64,000 nucleotides of DNA from Labilithrix sp. (GCA_044227045.1 JBGAFW010000037.1:1129-65128); one strand, 5' to 3'. Counted from the stretch's first letter, positions 19,269 to 28,813 are shown. Notes: a model not told the origin generated them from the sequence alone. Translations and numbers: made by a program.

Positions 19269-20501
19269 TCATACGTTTGCGTCGCCAGGCTCCGCCGTCC
19301 GATGGGTCAGCGCCGCCTCGGCCTCGCTCGCCGCCCGCTCGAAAATCGACCTCGCCATCAGCGAAGGCTCAGCTGCCGCGCGCGCCCGAAACAGGTCACG
19401 GACGGCCTCGTTCGCGGCGACATGCGCGGGAGCCGCGAGCCGCGCCCACTCGGCGAGATGGCATGCAAGGGAGAGGTCCGCGTCCGCCACCTCGCGTGCG
19501 CGACGCACCAAGACGTCGACGCCGCCCGCCAAGCTCGCGATCTCGCGCGCGCGTGCATCGGGTAGCGAGGGAAGGAGGTGCGAAGGCAAACCGTCCCACC
19601 ATCCAGCGTGGAGACGAATCACGTTGCGCGCGATGAACTCCGGTCGATCGTAGAGCGGCTGCAAGTACGGCTTGCTCGCGAGCTCGGGAGGAACGATGAC
19701 GCTCGCGACGATCTCATCGTGGCCTCTACCAGCGTTGAGGCCGGCGATCGTTTGCTCCACGATGGACTCGAGGTAATGGGCCGTGTCGAGCAACGCTTCG
19801 CGGATCTCCGCTTCGCCCTTCATCGGCGGCCCATGGCCAGGGAGGAGAAGCTTTGCGCCTTTGGTGGCCATTTGCTCGAGCACGGACTTCCACTCTTCGG
19901 CGTAGCGCTGCACCTTCTGCGGATTGCCGCAATTGGGGGCGCATCCAATCCAGAAGTCTCCCGTGCAAAGCACCTTACGATCCTTTGCCCATATCCATGT
20001 AGCGTCGTCCGTCTCGCCGCGGCCGTGGTGAAGCTCGAATCGCTCTCCTCCCAAATCGATATCGAGGCGATCATCGTAAACGACTGTTGGCTCCTTCGCG
20101 ACACGCGGCCATTCGAGGTTTGGGAGAGAGAATTGAACGCGATTGATGTGCTCGTTGAGCCCGCGCGTACGTTCGTAGCGATCGAGCCGCTCCTTGACGG
20201 CACGATGCGCATAAACACGTGGAGGAGCGCTCTTCGCAGACTCCTCCTCGAGCCAGGGACCGAGGCCGAAGGCGTGGTCCACGTGCCCATGCGTATAAAC
20301 GACCGAGTGAAGCGGAGCCTTCGTCTTCTCGCGAACCGAGTCGCGTACCGCCTCGGCGAGCTGCGGGAGTCCCGTGTCGACGAGGAGGAGCCCCTGGTCC
20401 GTCTCGAACACGCTGACGCCGACGAACGTGGAGACGAAGTACGTCCGTGGCGCGAGCTCCTCAGCCTCGATGCTTCCACGCCAATGACTCGGGATCTTCA
20501 T
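19269..20501 (-). CDS. MBL-fold metallo-hydrolase with alkyl-sulfatase-type dimerisation domain
   Basis: HxHxDH motif (YTHGHVDHAFG). C-terminal PYLQPLYDRPEFIARNVIRLHAGWWDG is alkylsulfatase-like. The real start is ATG 20501 (MKIPSHW...). The upstream 150 codons are shadow. Confidence 0.65.
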   Translation of the reverse strand: MKIPSHWRGSIEAEELAPRTYFVSTFVGVSVFETDQGLLLVDTGLPQLAEAVRDSVREKTKAPLHSVVYTHGHVDHAFGLGPWLEEESAKSAPPRVYAHRAVKERLDRYERTRGLNEHINRVQFSLPNLEWPRVAKEPTVVYDDRLDIDLGGERFELHHGRGETDDATWIWAKDRKVLCTGDFWIGCAPNCGNPQKVQRYAEEWKSVLEQMATKGAKLLLPGHGPPMKGEAEIREALLDTAHYLESIVEQTIAGLNAGRGHDEIVASVIVPPELASKPYLQPLYDRPEFIARNVIRLHAGWWDGLPSHLLPSLPDARAREIASLAGGVDVLVRRAREVADADLSLACHLAEWARLAAPAHVAANEAVRDLFRARAAAEPSLMARSIFERAASEAEAALTHRTAEPGDANV

Positions 20502-20512
20502 GCGCGCGCTCT

Positions 20513-21829
20513 CTAATGGGAATCGCCAGGGTCGCGACTGAACGGTTTGCCCATCCACTGCGCGATCTTCTTCTTCGCTTCGTCGGGGTGACCGCCGGTG
20601 CCCTCGAAGCCGACGCGATAAAGGTGGGCGTCGTACCAGCCCGTCACGAAGGCATGATGTCCGTCCGCGGCGACAGCGACTCCGCTGCCGCGATCCATCC
20701 CAGGGACGATGAAGGTCTGCGCCGACCAGTCTTTCGTATCGACGACAGAGACGCTGCGCGTCGTTCCATAGTCGGCCGAATAGACATAGCGACCATCGGT
20801 CGAAATTCCGATGCTCTTCGGGGCCGCGCCGAGCTGAGCGTGATGAACGACCGTCTCGCTCTCGAGATCGAGCGCGTGAAGCTGCGATTTGTAGAGGCAA
20901 GAGATGTAGAGCGTCTTCTGATCGGGAGAGAGCACGAGATGACGCGGGCACTTGCAGGCGGGAATGCGATGATCACGCCGCTCTCCACCTTCGGGCTTGA
21001 AGACGTCGATCGACTCGTCGAAGAAGTTCGCGGCGTACACGGTGCCGTTCGCGGTGACCGCGAGACCTCGTGGATTCTTGCCGGCCTTGAGCGTTCGCGT
21101 CACAGCGGGCGCTTTCTCATTTCGCGGCCGTGGCTCGCTGCCGCTCCCCGCCGCGGCCGCCGGGATGTCGATCTCGCTCACGGATTCGCCAGACCAGTTG
21201 GCGGCGTAGAGCTTCTTCCCGTCCTGCGAGAGCGCGAGCACCTTCGGGTGGTGACCGACCTTGATCTCGTTCGTGATCGTCTTGGTCGCGAGATCGATGA
21301 AGACCACGGAGTGGCCCCAGAAGCTCGAGACGTAGAGCGTCTTGTCGTCGGGAGAGAGGGCCGCCTCGACGGCGACCACGGGGATGTCGAGCTGGTCTTT
21401 CAGCTCCAAGGTGTCGGCGTCGTAGATCGTGACGACCTTCTTGTGATCGAGCTGTCCGAAGTTCGTCACGTAGAGGGTCTTCTTGTCGTGCGAGAGGAAG
21501 ACGCCTTTCGGATTGAGCCCCGTCGCCTCGACCGCCTGCACCTCGAGCTTCGGCATCTTGCCCGTGACGACCTTCGGGGTCTCTTCGTTCGCGGTGGACG
21601 CGTCCGCTGCTGTTCCCGAGGCCGACGAGGCCGCCGTCGCCGCCGTTGCAGTCGTGGCTGTCGTGGCTGTCGTGGCTGTCGTGGCCGAGGCGTCACGGGA
21701 CGGCCGCGCTTCGCTCTTCTTCACGTCACAGCCGATCGCCTGCGCCGCCACGGTCGCAGCTACGACGAAGAGAGCGAGTGCTCTCGCGTCGCGATCGCTC
21801 GGTGTTTTTTCTTGCGGAACGATTGCCAA
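20513..21829 (-). CDS. YVTN-type beta-propeller repeat lipoprotein (YncE-like)
   Basis: Signal peptide plus lipobox (QAIGC). Repeated KTLYV/KKLYAAN/GTVYAAN blades. An internal (Thr-Ala)n tract is encoded by a 9-bp tandem repeat. Confidence 0.65.
   Translation of the reverse strand: MAIVPQEKTPSDRDARALALFVVAATVAAQAIGCDVKKSEARPSRDASATTATTATTATTATAATAASSASGTAADASTANEETPKVVTGKMPKLEVQAVEATGLNPKGVFLSHDKKTLYVTNFGQLDHKKVVTIYDADTLELKDQLDIPVVAVEAALSPDDKTLYVSSFWGHSVVFIDLATKTITNEIKVGHHPKVLALSQDGKKLYAANWSGESVSEIDIPAAAAGSGSEPRPRNEKAPAVTRTLKAGKNPRGLAVTANGTVYAANFFDESIDVFKPEGGERRDHRIPACKCPRHLVLSPDQKTLYISCLYKSQLHALDLESETVVHHAQLGAAPKSIGISTDGRYVYSADYGTTRSVSVVDTKDWSAQTFIVPGMDRGSGVAVAADGHHAFVTGWYDAHLYRVGFEGTGGHPDEAKKKIAQWMGKPFSRDPGDSH
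21651..21686. repeat. 9-bp tandem repeat (GTCGTGGCT x4) encoding a (Thr-Ala)n tract within the YVTN lipoprotein gene
   Basis: Four direct copies read from the sequence; the last copy ends ...GCC. Confidence 0.7.
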
Positions 21830-21921
21830 GCGCTGGAAGAGTACACACGTTTCACGGACCGGGCACAGTAGGTGAACGCCTCTCGATTACCCTCGCCCCA
21901 CTCTTGTGATACCGGTCTGAC

Positions 21922-22521
21922 ATGCCCTGCGGAATGAGTCTCCAACTCGGATGGATCCCGGTTCGAAGGACCGTGAGCGCCGATGCCGATGTCGAATCGC
22001 ACGACTCGATCGAGGTCGCTGTGCGGCTTCTTCCCATCCTCGACGAAGCGTCACTCGGAGAGATTCTCCGCGCAGGCCTCGAGGAGCGCGGATGGCAGCG
22101 CCAGCCCGACGGCACACTCACGAAGCAGTTCGGCGAGGCTACCGCCACGTTGCCGGCAGACGGATCGGTCATCACTCTCGCGATCAAGGCGGAGACGTCG
22201 GTGTCGGTCTCCGCGACGGAAGACGGCGCAGCTCCCGAGGACGACAAGAAGGCACAAGACGCGATCGAAGAGCGGGCGCGTGAAGCCGCTGCTCGCAAGC
22301 TTGGCTCTGCGGAGCGATCGGCGAGGCGTGAGCTCGAGCGCAAGAACGCCGACGAGCTGCTGCGCGTCGAGCAAGACCTCCGCAAAGAGGTCGCCGAGCT
22401 GGTGAACCAGACGACGAAGAAGGCGCTCGAGCGCCGCGCGACGTCCCTCGGGCAAATCGACTCGATCGAAGAGCGGCGCGGTGAAGAAGGCTACGAGCTG
22501 ACGATCACGGTGAGGACCTAG
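21922..22521 (+). CDS. hypothetical protein with C-terminal predicted coiled coil
   Basis: 199 aa. GC3 is strongly coding. No recognisable domain. Confidence 0.5.
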   Translation: MPCGMSLQLGWIPVRRTVSADADVESHDSIEVAVRLLPILDEASLGEILRAGLEERGWQRQPDGTLTKQFGEATATLPADGSVITLAIKAETSVSVSATEDGAAPEDDKKAQDAIEERAREAAARKLGSAERSARRELERKNADELLRVEQDLRKEVAELVNQTTKKALERRATSLGQIDSIEERRGEEGYELTITVRT

Positions 22522-22539
22522 CAAGGGTACGGACGAATC

Positions 22540-22827
22540 ATGAAGATCGATCGAGGCCGCAAAATCACGCTCACGTACCGCGAAAATGGCGGCACCGGCA
22601 AAGCCACCCTGATCGTCGATGTCTCTGCCGACGAAGGCGAGCTCCCGCACGAGCACCGTGACGACCTCAAAGACGTCGCCGCTGAGCTCCTCGGCGTCCC
22701 GCTCGACTCCCTCGAGGACGTCGAGGTCGAGTTGAAGCGCACCGGCGGCGATCACACGCATCCGCATCCGCACCCCGTAGTCCTACCGTCGAGCGACGAG
22801 TCGTCTCCGGAAAAGGCAAAAGCGTAG
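22540..22827 (+). CDS. small hypothetical protein (His/Pro-rich tail HTHPHPHP)
   Basis: 95 aa with good GC3. Lies 18 nt downstream of 21922..22521, so co-transcription is likely. Confidence 0.45.
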   Translation: MKIDRGRKITLTYRENGGTGKATLIVDVSADEGELPHEHRDDLKDVAAELLGVPLDSLEDVEVELKRTGGDHTHPHPHPVVLPSSDESSPEKAKA

Positions 22828-22892
22828 CGTCACTCACGCGTCGCTGCGTTGAGCGTCGCTGCACAGCGTCGATTCGCTCTTTGGCGATTCGC

Positions 22893-24356
22893 TCAGGTCG
22901 TGGTCGAGGCGAAGAGACCCTCGAACCGAATGCCCACGTGCGTGCTCGTGCGGTCGCGCATCTCGCGAACCCACTCGCGTAGCGTCGACTCGAGGAGCGC
23001 CGGATCCTGAGCGATGCTGCGCTCGGGAGGCTCGGCGACCGGCCCCGAGGCCGACAGCCGCGTGAGCTCGCGCATGCCGATGACACCTTCGCGGATCGCG
23101 AGGCGCAAAGGACCCTGCGACCAAAGGTAATTGGCGCTCTGCCAGTCGATCGTCAGGTCCGTTGGCCGCGCGTGCATGTCGCGTCGGAGCGTGAGGCGGA
23201 TCGTGGGACTCTCGAACATCACGGGCAGCGAGCCCACGACGCAGAGCTCTTGAACGCAGCGGATGGCCCCCTGGATCAACAGCTCCTGCCAATCGGGGAG
23301 GTTCGAGAACGCCGACACGATCGAGAGGCTCAGCACGTGATCGCCGCAAATCGACTGAAGTGTAGAGAGCAGCTCCTGACGCTCGTTCGAGTCGACGAGC
23401 GTGAGCCGCCGCAGACGGCGTGGAGCGGCCGAGGATGACGAGCTCACGAGGCTCGGCAAAAGCTCGAGGAGCTTCTTCGGCGCGCGTTCGTCGGAACCCC
23501 AAACGACGATGAGCTCCTCGACGTCGGGCATCGCGTGGCGTTCGATCAGCTTCTCGATGACCGCGGTGGACGCCGTCAACGCCTCGAGATGCGTCAAGAC
23601 AGGGTGTCCGACGAGCTGAACGATATCGCTGTCCGCCATGTATTGTGCGCGCGCGTTGATCCGCCGCACCGTGCGCCACTTCGGATCGCCGATCGCCAGG
23701 TTGACGACGCCGCGCTGACGCCGGTCGAGCCTCACCTCTTCGAGCAGGCCGCGTCTCCAGATCCGTGTGCTCGTGACGTCGGCGATCGCGCCGAGCCACT
23801 CCCAGTTGTACCTCTCGATCAATGCCTTGTGGCGGTCGGCTTGGACAGTCGAGAGCGCGCCGCGCTCGAAGCCGCAGGCAAGGTGAATGTACTCGCCGTG
23901 CTCGTCTCCGCGATCGAGCAGCCAATCCGCGTAGACGAGGTAGGGGCTGTCGTCGTCGGGCGGCGCGCGCCGTATCGCCGCGATGAGCTCGCCTTCGATC
24001 GTGGATGAGTCACGGGAGGCGCCGCTTGCCTTCTTGGGTGTCTTCTTCGCATCGGGCTCGTCGGCGTAGGGACCTACCGGCGGCGTGTATTGGAAACCGC
24101 GTGGGAGGACGTCGAAGGGATCCCAACCCGCGGCGCGTGCCTCGAGGATCAGCCTGCGGACGTACGATGGGAGGACGAGCACAGGACGGCGAAGGTTGAT
24201 CGTGAGGCCGCTCCGCTTTCCCGTCGGGCTCGTCGCGGGCACGACCACCACGCCGAGCCAATCGAAGTTGGTCGAGTATTCGTCGGCCGTGCGAATGTCC
24301 CATCGGTACTCGATGTCATCGATGACGATGCGACGCGAAGGCTTGCGTTTGGCCAT
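22893..24356 (-). CDS. TIGR02996-type repeat-companion domain protein with LRR-like C-terminal region
   Basis: 487 aa. Motif PYLVYADWLLDRGDEHGEYIHLA. N-terminal WGR-like segment (IEYRWDIRTADEY...). Confidence 0.7.
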   Translation of the reverse strand: MAKRKPSRRIVIDDIEYRWDIRTADEYSTNFDWLGVVVVPATSPTGKRSGLTINLRRPVLVLPSYVRRLILEARAAGWDPFDVLPRGFQYTPPVGPYADEPDAKKTPKKASGASRDSSTIEGELIAAIRRAPPDDDSPYLVYADWLLDRGDEHGEYIHLACGFERGALSTVQADRHKALIERYNWEWLGAIADVTSTRIWRRGLLEEVRLDRRQRGVVNLAIGDPKWRTVRRINARAQYMADSDIVQLVGHPVLTHLEALTASTAVIEKLIERHAMPDVEELIVVWGSDERAPKKLLELLPSLVSSSSSAAPRRLRRLTLVDSNERQELLSTLQSICGDHVLSLSIVSAFSNLPDWQELLIQGAIRCVQELCVVGSLPVMFESPTIRLTLRRDMHARPTDLTIDWQSANYLWSQGPLRLAIREGVIGMRELTRLSASGPVAEPPERSIAQDPALLESTLREWVREMRDRTSTHVGIRFEGLFASTTT

Positions 24357-24435
24357 GAATTCGAGGTGTTCGAGGCCGACCCCGGTTCGGCCCGAGGTCG
24401 GGTAGAAACTCTAGCGCACCGGCGTAAGACGGAGC

Positions 24436-25092
24436 GTGCGAAGGACCAGCATCATCATCATCGGCCTCAGCGCAAGCCTCCTCGCGATGGCGTGTGCGGC
24501 TGGGGCTGCGGATGGTGATGTTGGTCCCACCACACCAAGCGACGGCACCGGCTCGGACACGAGCGCGTCCCTACCAGCGTCAGGCGACACGGGCTTCGAT
24601 CCACCGAAGAAGTCTTCGTCATCATCGTCATCATCCTCATCCTCCTCGTCTGCTTCTTCTGGCGCGTCTGGTTCGTCTTCGGGCGCTTCTTCCTCTTCTT
24701 CCTCCTCAGGAGCGGCCTCTTCGTCGGCGAGCTCGTCGTCGGGCTCCTCTGGCTCGTCGTCCGGCTCCTCGGGCTCTTCGGGCACGTCGTCGTCCTCCAC
24801 GTCGTCTTCTTCCTCGAGCACGAGCAGCAGCGGAAGCAGCGGGTCGACCAGCGGCGCGTGCGGCGTCTGCGATCGCGACTGGACGTGCAACGGCTTCACG
24901 GATTTCTGGGCGACGCAAGGCGCGACGTGCGTGAACACGCGCACGCAGACGACGCTCAAGTGCAATGGCAAGTTCGATCAGGGCGGCAGCGTCAACGTCG
25001 GCACGTGGTCGAGCACCGCGTCACCCGCCACGCTGACGCTGAACTACCCAATGCTCGGCGGCGGCACGAAGACGTACGTCTGCACGCCCTGA
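24436..25092 (+). CDS. Ser-rich lipoprotein with C-terminal Cys-rich domain
   Basis: Signal peptide (LLAMAC). About 75-aa poly-Ser/Gly/Ala tract. C-terminal GACGVCDRDWTCNG...KCNG...YVCTP. The antisense acidic ORF 24411..24971 is rejected. Confidence 0.6.
   Translation: MRRTSIIIIGLSASLLAMACAAGAADGDVGPTTPSDGTGSDTSASLPASGDTGFDPPKKSSSSSSSSSSSSSASSGASGSSSGASSSSSSSGAASSSASSSSGSSGSSSGSSGSSGTSSSSTSSSSSSTSSSGSSGSTSGACGVCDRDWTCNGFTDFWATQGATCVNTRTQTTLKCNGKFDQGGSVNVGTWSSTASPATLTLNYPMLGGGTKTYVCTP
24600..24840. repeat. low-complexity Ser-codon (TCN/AGC) tract inside the lipoprotein gene 24436..25092
   Basis: About 75 consecutive mostly-Ser codons. The antisense reading is acidic (D/E), which created a spurious ORF. 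Confidence 0.6.
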
Positions 25093-25128
25093 TTTCACAC
25101 ACGCGACGCCACGCCCCCCGCGCGCCCG

Positions 25129-25734
25129 TCATCCATACGGATTGTCGGGGATGGTGTAGAGCATCGCGTTCTCCACGAACCCGCCGTGCGGCGTGCAGAG
25201 CCTGCGGAACGAGCACGCCATCGCCCAGAGCCGCTCGAAGTGCATCAGCCGGTCGTCCTCGGTCGGAAGCGACAGCCCAAACGCGCGGTGCATCGCCCGC
25301 TCCCCAAACACGACGCGCATCGCCCGCTTGAACGCCTTGCGTCCCATGCGTGTAAATTCCAAGTATCTCCGGCGCCGATCGGACGGCCGCACGACCTGCC
25401 GAATGAACCCAAGCTCCTCGAGCCGCTGAGCCATCGCCGAAATCGTCGACGCGTGAAGCCCAAGCCGCTCGCGCAAATCCTTCTGCGTGCTCAGCTCCGA
25501 CAGCGACATCGCGTAGAGAAAATCAAACCGCGCGGGCGTCATCTTCAGAACGTACTGAAGAAGCTTGAAGCGAATTTTGAGAGGACCGGCCTGCGAGGCG
25601 ATCGCGTCGTCGTGAAAGACCATCCGTCCATACGCGACCATGGAGAGGTGACAGCGCTTGTGTTGAAACGACCAGGGGCTCATGCCACCACGCCAAGCAC
25701 GCCGGGTGCCAACCGAGCCCCACTTCTTGGCCAT
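25129..25734 (-). CDS. MarR-family transcriptional regulator
   Basis: Winged-HTH segment LSELSTQKDLRERLGLHASTISAMAQRLEELGFIRQVVRPSDRRRRYLEFTRMGRKAF. The N-terminal start is ambiguous; several in-frame Met lie upstream. Confidence 0.6.
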   Translation of the reverse strand: MAKKWGSVGTRRAWRGGMSPWSFQHKRCHLSMVAYGRMVFHDDAIASQAGPLKIRFKLLQYVLKMTPARFDFLYAMSLSELSTQKDLRERLGLHASTISAMAQRLEELGFIRQVVRPSDRRRRYLEFTRMGRKAFKRAMRVVFGERAMHRAFGLSLPTEDDRLMHFERLWAMACSFRRLCTPHGGFVENAMLYTIPDNPYG

Positions 25735-25843
25735 CGATTAAGTGTTCGGCATGCAGAACAAAAGCAGGATGGGCCTCGAAGGCCGGGCGGCGTGACCATA
25801 TGGCCGGGCCAGGCGCGGGGCCGGCCCGGGCCAGATCGCGCCG

Positions 25844-27262
25844 CTAAATCGCTTTGCCGGGGTTGAGGATGCCGCGTGGGTCGAAGGCGTCCTTGATCTT
25901 GCGCATGAGCGCGCGCTGGGGATCGCCGAGCATCGACGTGAGGTACTTCGTCTTGAGCGAGCCGACGCCATGCTCGCCCGTGATCGTTCCGCCGAGCGCG
26001 ATGGCATCCTTTAGGATTTCGTCGAAGGCGGTGTAGGCGGCGTCGGTGGAGGCTTCGTCCTTGGCGTCGAACACGATCGTCGGATGCAGGTTGCCGTCAC
26101 CTGCGTGACCGAACGTTCCAATCATCACGTGGTGCGCATCTGCGATGGACCGAATGCGAGCGATCATCTCGATCATGGCCGACTTGGGGACGGCGATGTC
26201 GTCGAGGAGCGTGGTGCCCTTCTTCTCGAGCGCTGGGAGCGCCATGCGACGCGCCGCGAGCAGCATGCGTCCTTCTTCGACGTCGTCGGTGCACAAGACG
26301 CTCTTTGCTTGGTGCGCGTTGCAGAGCGCCTCGGCCTCTGCGACCACGGCCATGCGATCGCTCGCGTCGCTCTGCGCGAGGACGAACGCCGCGGCAGAGA
26401 CGTCGAGGTCCATATGGGTGATGTCCTCGACCGCGCGCAGCGTCGTCTGATCCATCACCTCGAGGAGGGAGAGGTCGAGCTTCGCATCCATCGCCACGAT
26501 GGCCGCGGCGGCGTGTTCGAGCGTGTCGAAGAACGCGACCATCGTCGCCGGCGGGCGCGGCGCGCGCAGAAGACGAACGGTCGCTTCGACGATGACGCCG
26601 AGCGTGCCTTCGGAGCCGATGAACAGGCGCATGAGATCGAGGCCGGCGACGTTCTTCTTCGTGAGCGCGCCTAGACGCATCCGCGAGCCATCCGCGAGAA
26701 CGACCTCGAGCGCCGCGACATGATCGCCCGTCACGCCATATTTCAGGCAACACGAGCCGCCCGCATTCGTCGCGATGTTGCCGCCAATCGTCGAGATGTC
26801 CCGGCTCGCAGGGTCGGGCGCGTAATAGAGGCCCCGCGCGGTCGCTTCTTTGGCGAGCGATGCGTTGAGCACGCCCGGCTCGACGACCGCGAGCCGCGCG
26901 ACGTCGTCAACGCTGAGGATGCGGTCGAGGTGGCTGAGCGACAGTAGGATGCAACCATCGACCGCGTTCGCGCCGCCCGCGAGGCCGGTGCCCGCGCCGC
27001 GCGTGACGACGGGGATGCAACGTAGGTTTGCGAAGCGAAGCGTCGCGACGACATGGTCGACCGTACGCGCGCGCACGAGCGCGGCCGCCGTCCCCGCAGG
27101 GGCGAGGGGAGCCTGGTCGCGCGCGTACGATGCGAGCACGTCCGGGTCGGTCGTCACGATCCCTGCCGAAGCGCCTCCGAGCGCCTCGACGAGGCCTGCG
27201 AGGGAGGACTCCGGGAGGCTCGAGGCGCTGGAGCCCGGCATGAACGACCGCGACGCGCTCAC
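25844..27262 (-). CDS. FAD-linked oxidase (GlcD / D-lactate dehydrogenase family)
   Basis: 472 aa. FAD-binding PCMH-type motifs (RGAGTGLAGGANAVDGCILLSL). C-terminal oxidase domain. Confidence 0.8.
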   Translation of the reverse strand: MSASRSFMPGSSASSLPESSLAGLVEALGGASAGIVTTDPDVLASYARDQAPLAPAGTAAALVRARTVDHVVATLRFANLRCIPVVTRGAGTGLAGGANAVDGCILLSLSHLDRILSVDDVARLAVVEPGVLNASLAKEATARGLYYAPDPASRDISTIGGNIATNAGGSCCLKYGVTGDHVAALEVVLADGSRMRLGALTKKNVAGLDLMRLFIGSEGTLGVIVEATVRLLRAPRPPATMVAFFDTLEHAAAAIVAMDAKLDLSLLEVMDQTTLRAVEDITHMDLDVSAAAFVLAQSDASDRMAVVAEAEALCNAHQAKSVLCTDDVEEGRMLLAARRMALPALEKKGTTLLDDIAVPKSAMIEMIARIRSIADAHHVMIGTFGHAGDGNLHPTIVFDAKDEASTDAAYTAFDEILKDAIALGGTITGEHGVGSLKTKYLTSMLGDPQRALMRKIKDAFDPRGILNPGKAI

Positions 27263-28107
27263 GAGTCACGGCCTTTGTAGAATGCACGTATATGCCGGGT
27301 GATGAGGTCACGCGCGCGTTCGCCTTCGCCGCTGGTCACGGCGGCCAGGATGGCTTCGTGCTCGCGCGCGAGCTTGGCCATCGTCTTCTTCGGCTCGTCG
27401 TCGCGCTCGAGCGCTTCGCCGAGGTGCTCGCTGATCGCGGTGCGCAGCACGCCCATCACGAGCGGGAATGCGGCGTTTCCCGCCGCGTCGGAGAGGGCGC
27501 GATGAAACCGAATATCGGCCGCGCGAAACACGTCGATCTGCTTCGTCTCCTTCATCGTGATGACGGCTTCGCCCGCGGTGACCAGCGCGACCTTGGTCTT
27601 CGCATCACGGCTAAGGTCGGCCGCCGCCTGGACGGAGGCCCCCTCGATGAGCACGCGAAGCTCGACGAGATCTTCGAGCGGGACCTGCGCAAGACGAACG
27701 ACGTTCTCCATCGCGAGCGCAGCTGCGTGATTGAGCTTCTCTTCGCTCGAGACGCGTGGACGGCGCGTCGACACCGTATCGCCCCCCGAGAGCAGACCTT
27801 GTGCTTGAAGGATACGAAGCGCCTCTCGAACGGTCGAACGACCCACACCAAGCTCACGCGTGAGCTCCTTCTCGCTCGGCATCTCGGTGCCGATCGAGAT
27901 CTTGCCCGACACGATCGCTCGGCGGAGCTGCTGGGACACGAGCACGCTCAGAGGGGCACGCTGCTCGGCCGTGAGCTCGAGTCGATGCGCAGACGCTTTG
28001 GGTGGCGGCGTGACCTTGGGTGGCGGCGCCTTGGGTGCCGCAGACGCCCGAGTTGTCGCAGACGGCGACGACGCTGCGCGTCGTTTCGTGTGTTTTGCGG
28101 CCTGCAT
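27259..28107 (-). CDS. GntR-family transcriptional regulator (FadR-like C-terminal domain)
   Basis: HTH segment LVSQQLRRAIVSGKISIGTEMPSEKELTRELGVGRSTVREALRIL. Overlaps the downstream oxidase gene by ATGA. Confidence 0.7.
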   Translation of the reverse strand: MQAAKHTKRRAASSPSATTRASAAPKAPPPKVTPPPKASAHRLELTAEQRAPLSVLVSQQLRRAIVSGKISIGTEMPSEKELTRELGVGRSTVREALRILQAQGLLSGGDTVSTRRPRVSSEEKLNHAAALAMENVVRLAQVPLEDLVELRVLIEGASVQAAADLSRDAKTKVALVTAGEAVITMKETKQIDVFRAADIRFHRALSDAAGNAAFPLVMGVLRTAISEHLGEALERDDEPKKTMAKLAREHEAILAAVTSGEGERARDLITRHIRAFYKGRDS

Positions 28108-28124
28108 ACCTCAGAGATAGCAGC

Positions 28125-28145
28125 TTGACAGCTTGTCTGACAAGC
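28125..28145. promoter_or_regulatory. candidate GntR/FadR-type operator (GCTTGTC-T-GACAAGC palindrome, 28131-28145) adjoining a TTGACA -35-like hexamer (28125-28130) in a divergent intergenic region
   Basis: The palindrome has 7-bp arms and fits the FadR-subfamily half-site pattern TnGT/ACnA. It sits between divergent gntR-like and isochorismatase-like genes. Confidence 0.4.
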
Positions 28146-28204
28146 AGTCTGATTCAAGGGCCCGGCACGCAGACGAGCGAGAGATCCGAGCGAAAGGACT
28201 ACCC

Positions 28205-28813
28205 ATGAGCAACTTCGACCCGAAGACCACCGCCGTTCTCCTCATCGAGTACCAAAACGAGTTCGCCTCGAAGGGCGGTGTCCTTCATGGCGCCGTCGAA
28301 GGGGTGATGAACGAGACGAAGATGCTCCCGAACACGGTGGCTCTCGTCAACGCTGCCCGAAAGAAGGGGATTGCGGTGATGCACGCGCCGATCACGTTCA
28401 CCGAGGGTTACAACGAGCTTGGCGCGCACCCCTACGGCATCCTGAAGGGCGTCGTTGACGGCAAGGCGTTCGTGAAAGGCACCTGGGGCGCGGCGATCGT
28501 CGATGACCTCGCGCCGCAAAAAGGCGACATCGTGATCGAAGGCAAACGCGGGCTCGACACGTTCGCGAGCACGAACCTCGACTTCATTCTTCGAAGCAAA
28601 GGCATCAAGACCGTCGTCATCGGAGGCTTCCTCACCAACTGCTGCGTCGAGTCCACGATGCGAACCGCCTACGAGCATGGCTTCGAGGTCATCACGCTCA
28701 CCGACTGCTGCGCCGCGACGTCGAGCGAGGCGCACGTGAACGCGCTCAAGAACGATTTCCCGATGTTCTCGAAGCCCATGCCATCGTCCGAGGTCATTGC
28801 CCACTTCGGCTAA
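28205..28813 (+). CDS. isochorismatase-family cysteine hydrolase
   Basis: ATG 28205 with AAGGA upstream. Catalytic Cys context VVIGGFLTNCCVEST. Confidence 0.75.
   Translation: MSNFDPKTTAVLLIEYQNEFASKGGVLHGAVEGVMNETKMLPNTVALVNAARKKGIAVMHAPITFTEGYNELGAHPYGILKGVVDGKAFVKGTWGAAIVDDLAPQKGDIVIEGKRGLDTFASTNLDFILRSKGIKTVVIGGFLTNCCVESTMRTAYEHGFEVITLTDCCAATSSEAHVNALKNDFPMFSKPMPSSEVIAHFG

Noticed and set aside
24411-24971. Acidic (poly-Asp/Glu) ORF on the minus strand
   Set aside because: It is the mirror of the poly-Ser tract of the plus-strand lipoprotein. The plus-strand product has a signal peptide plus lipobox and a Cys-rich C-terminal domain.
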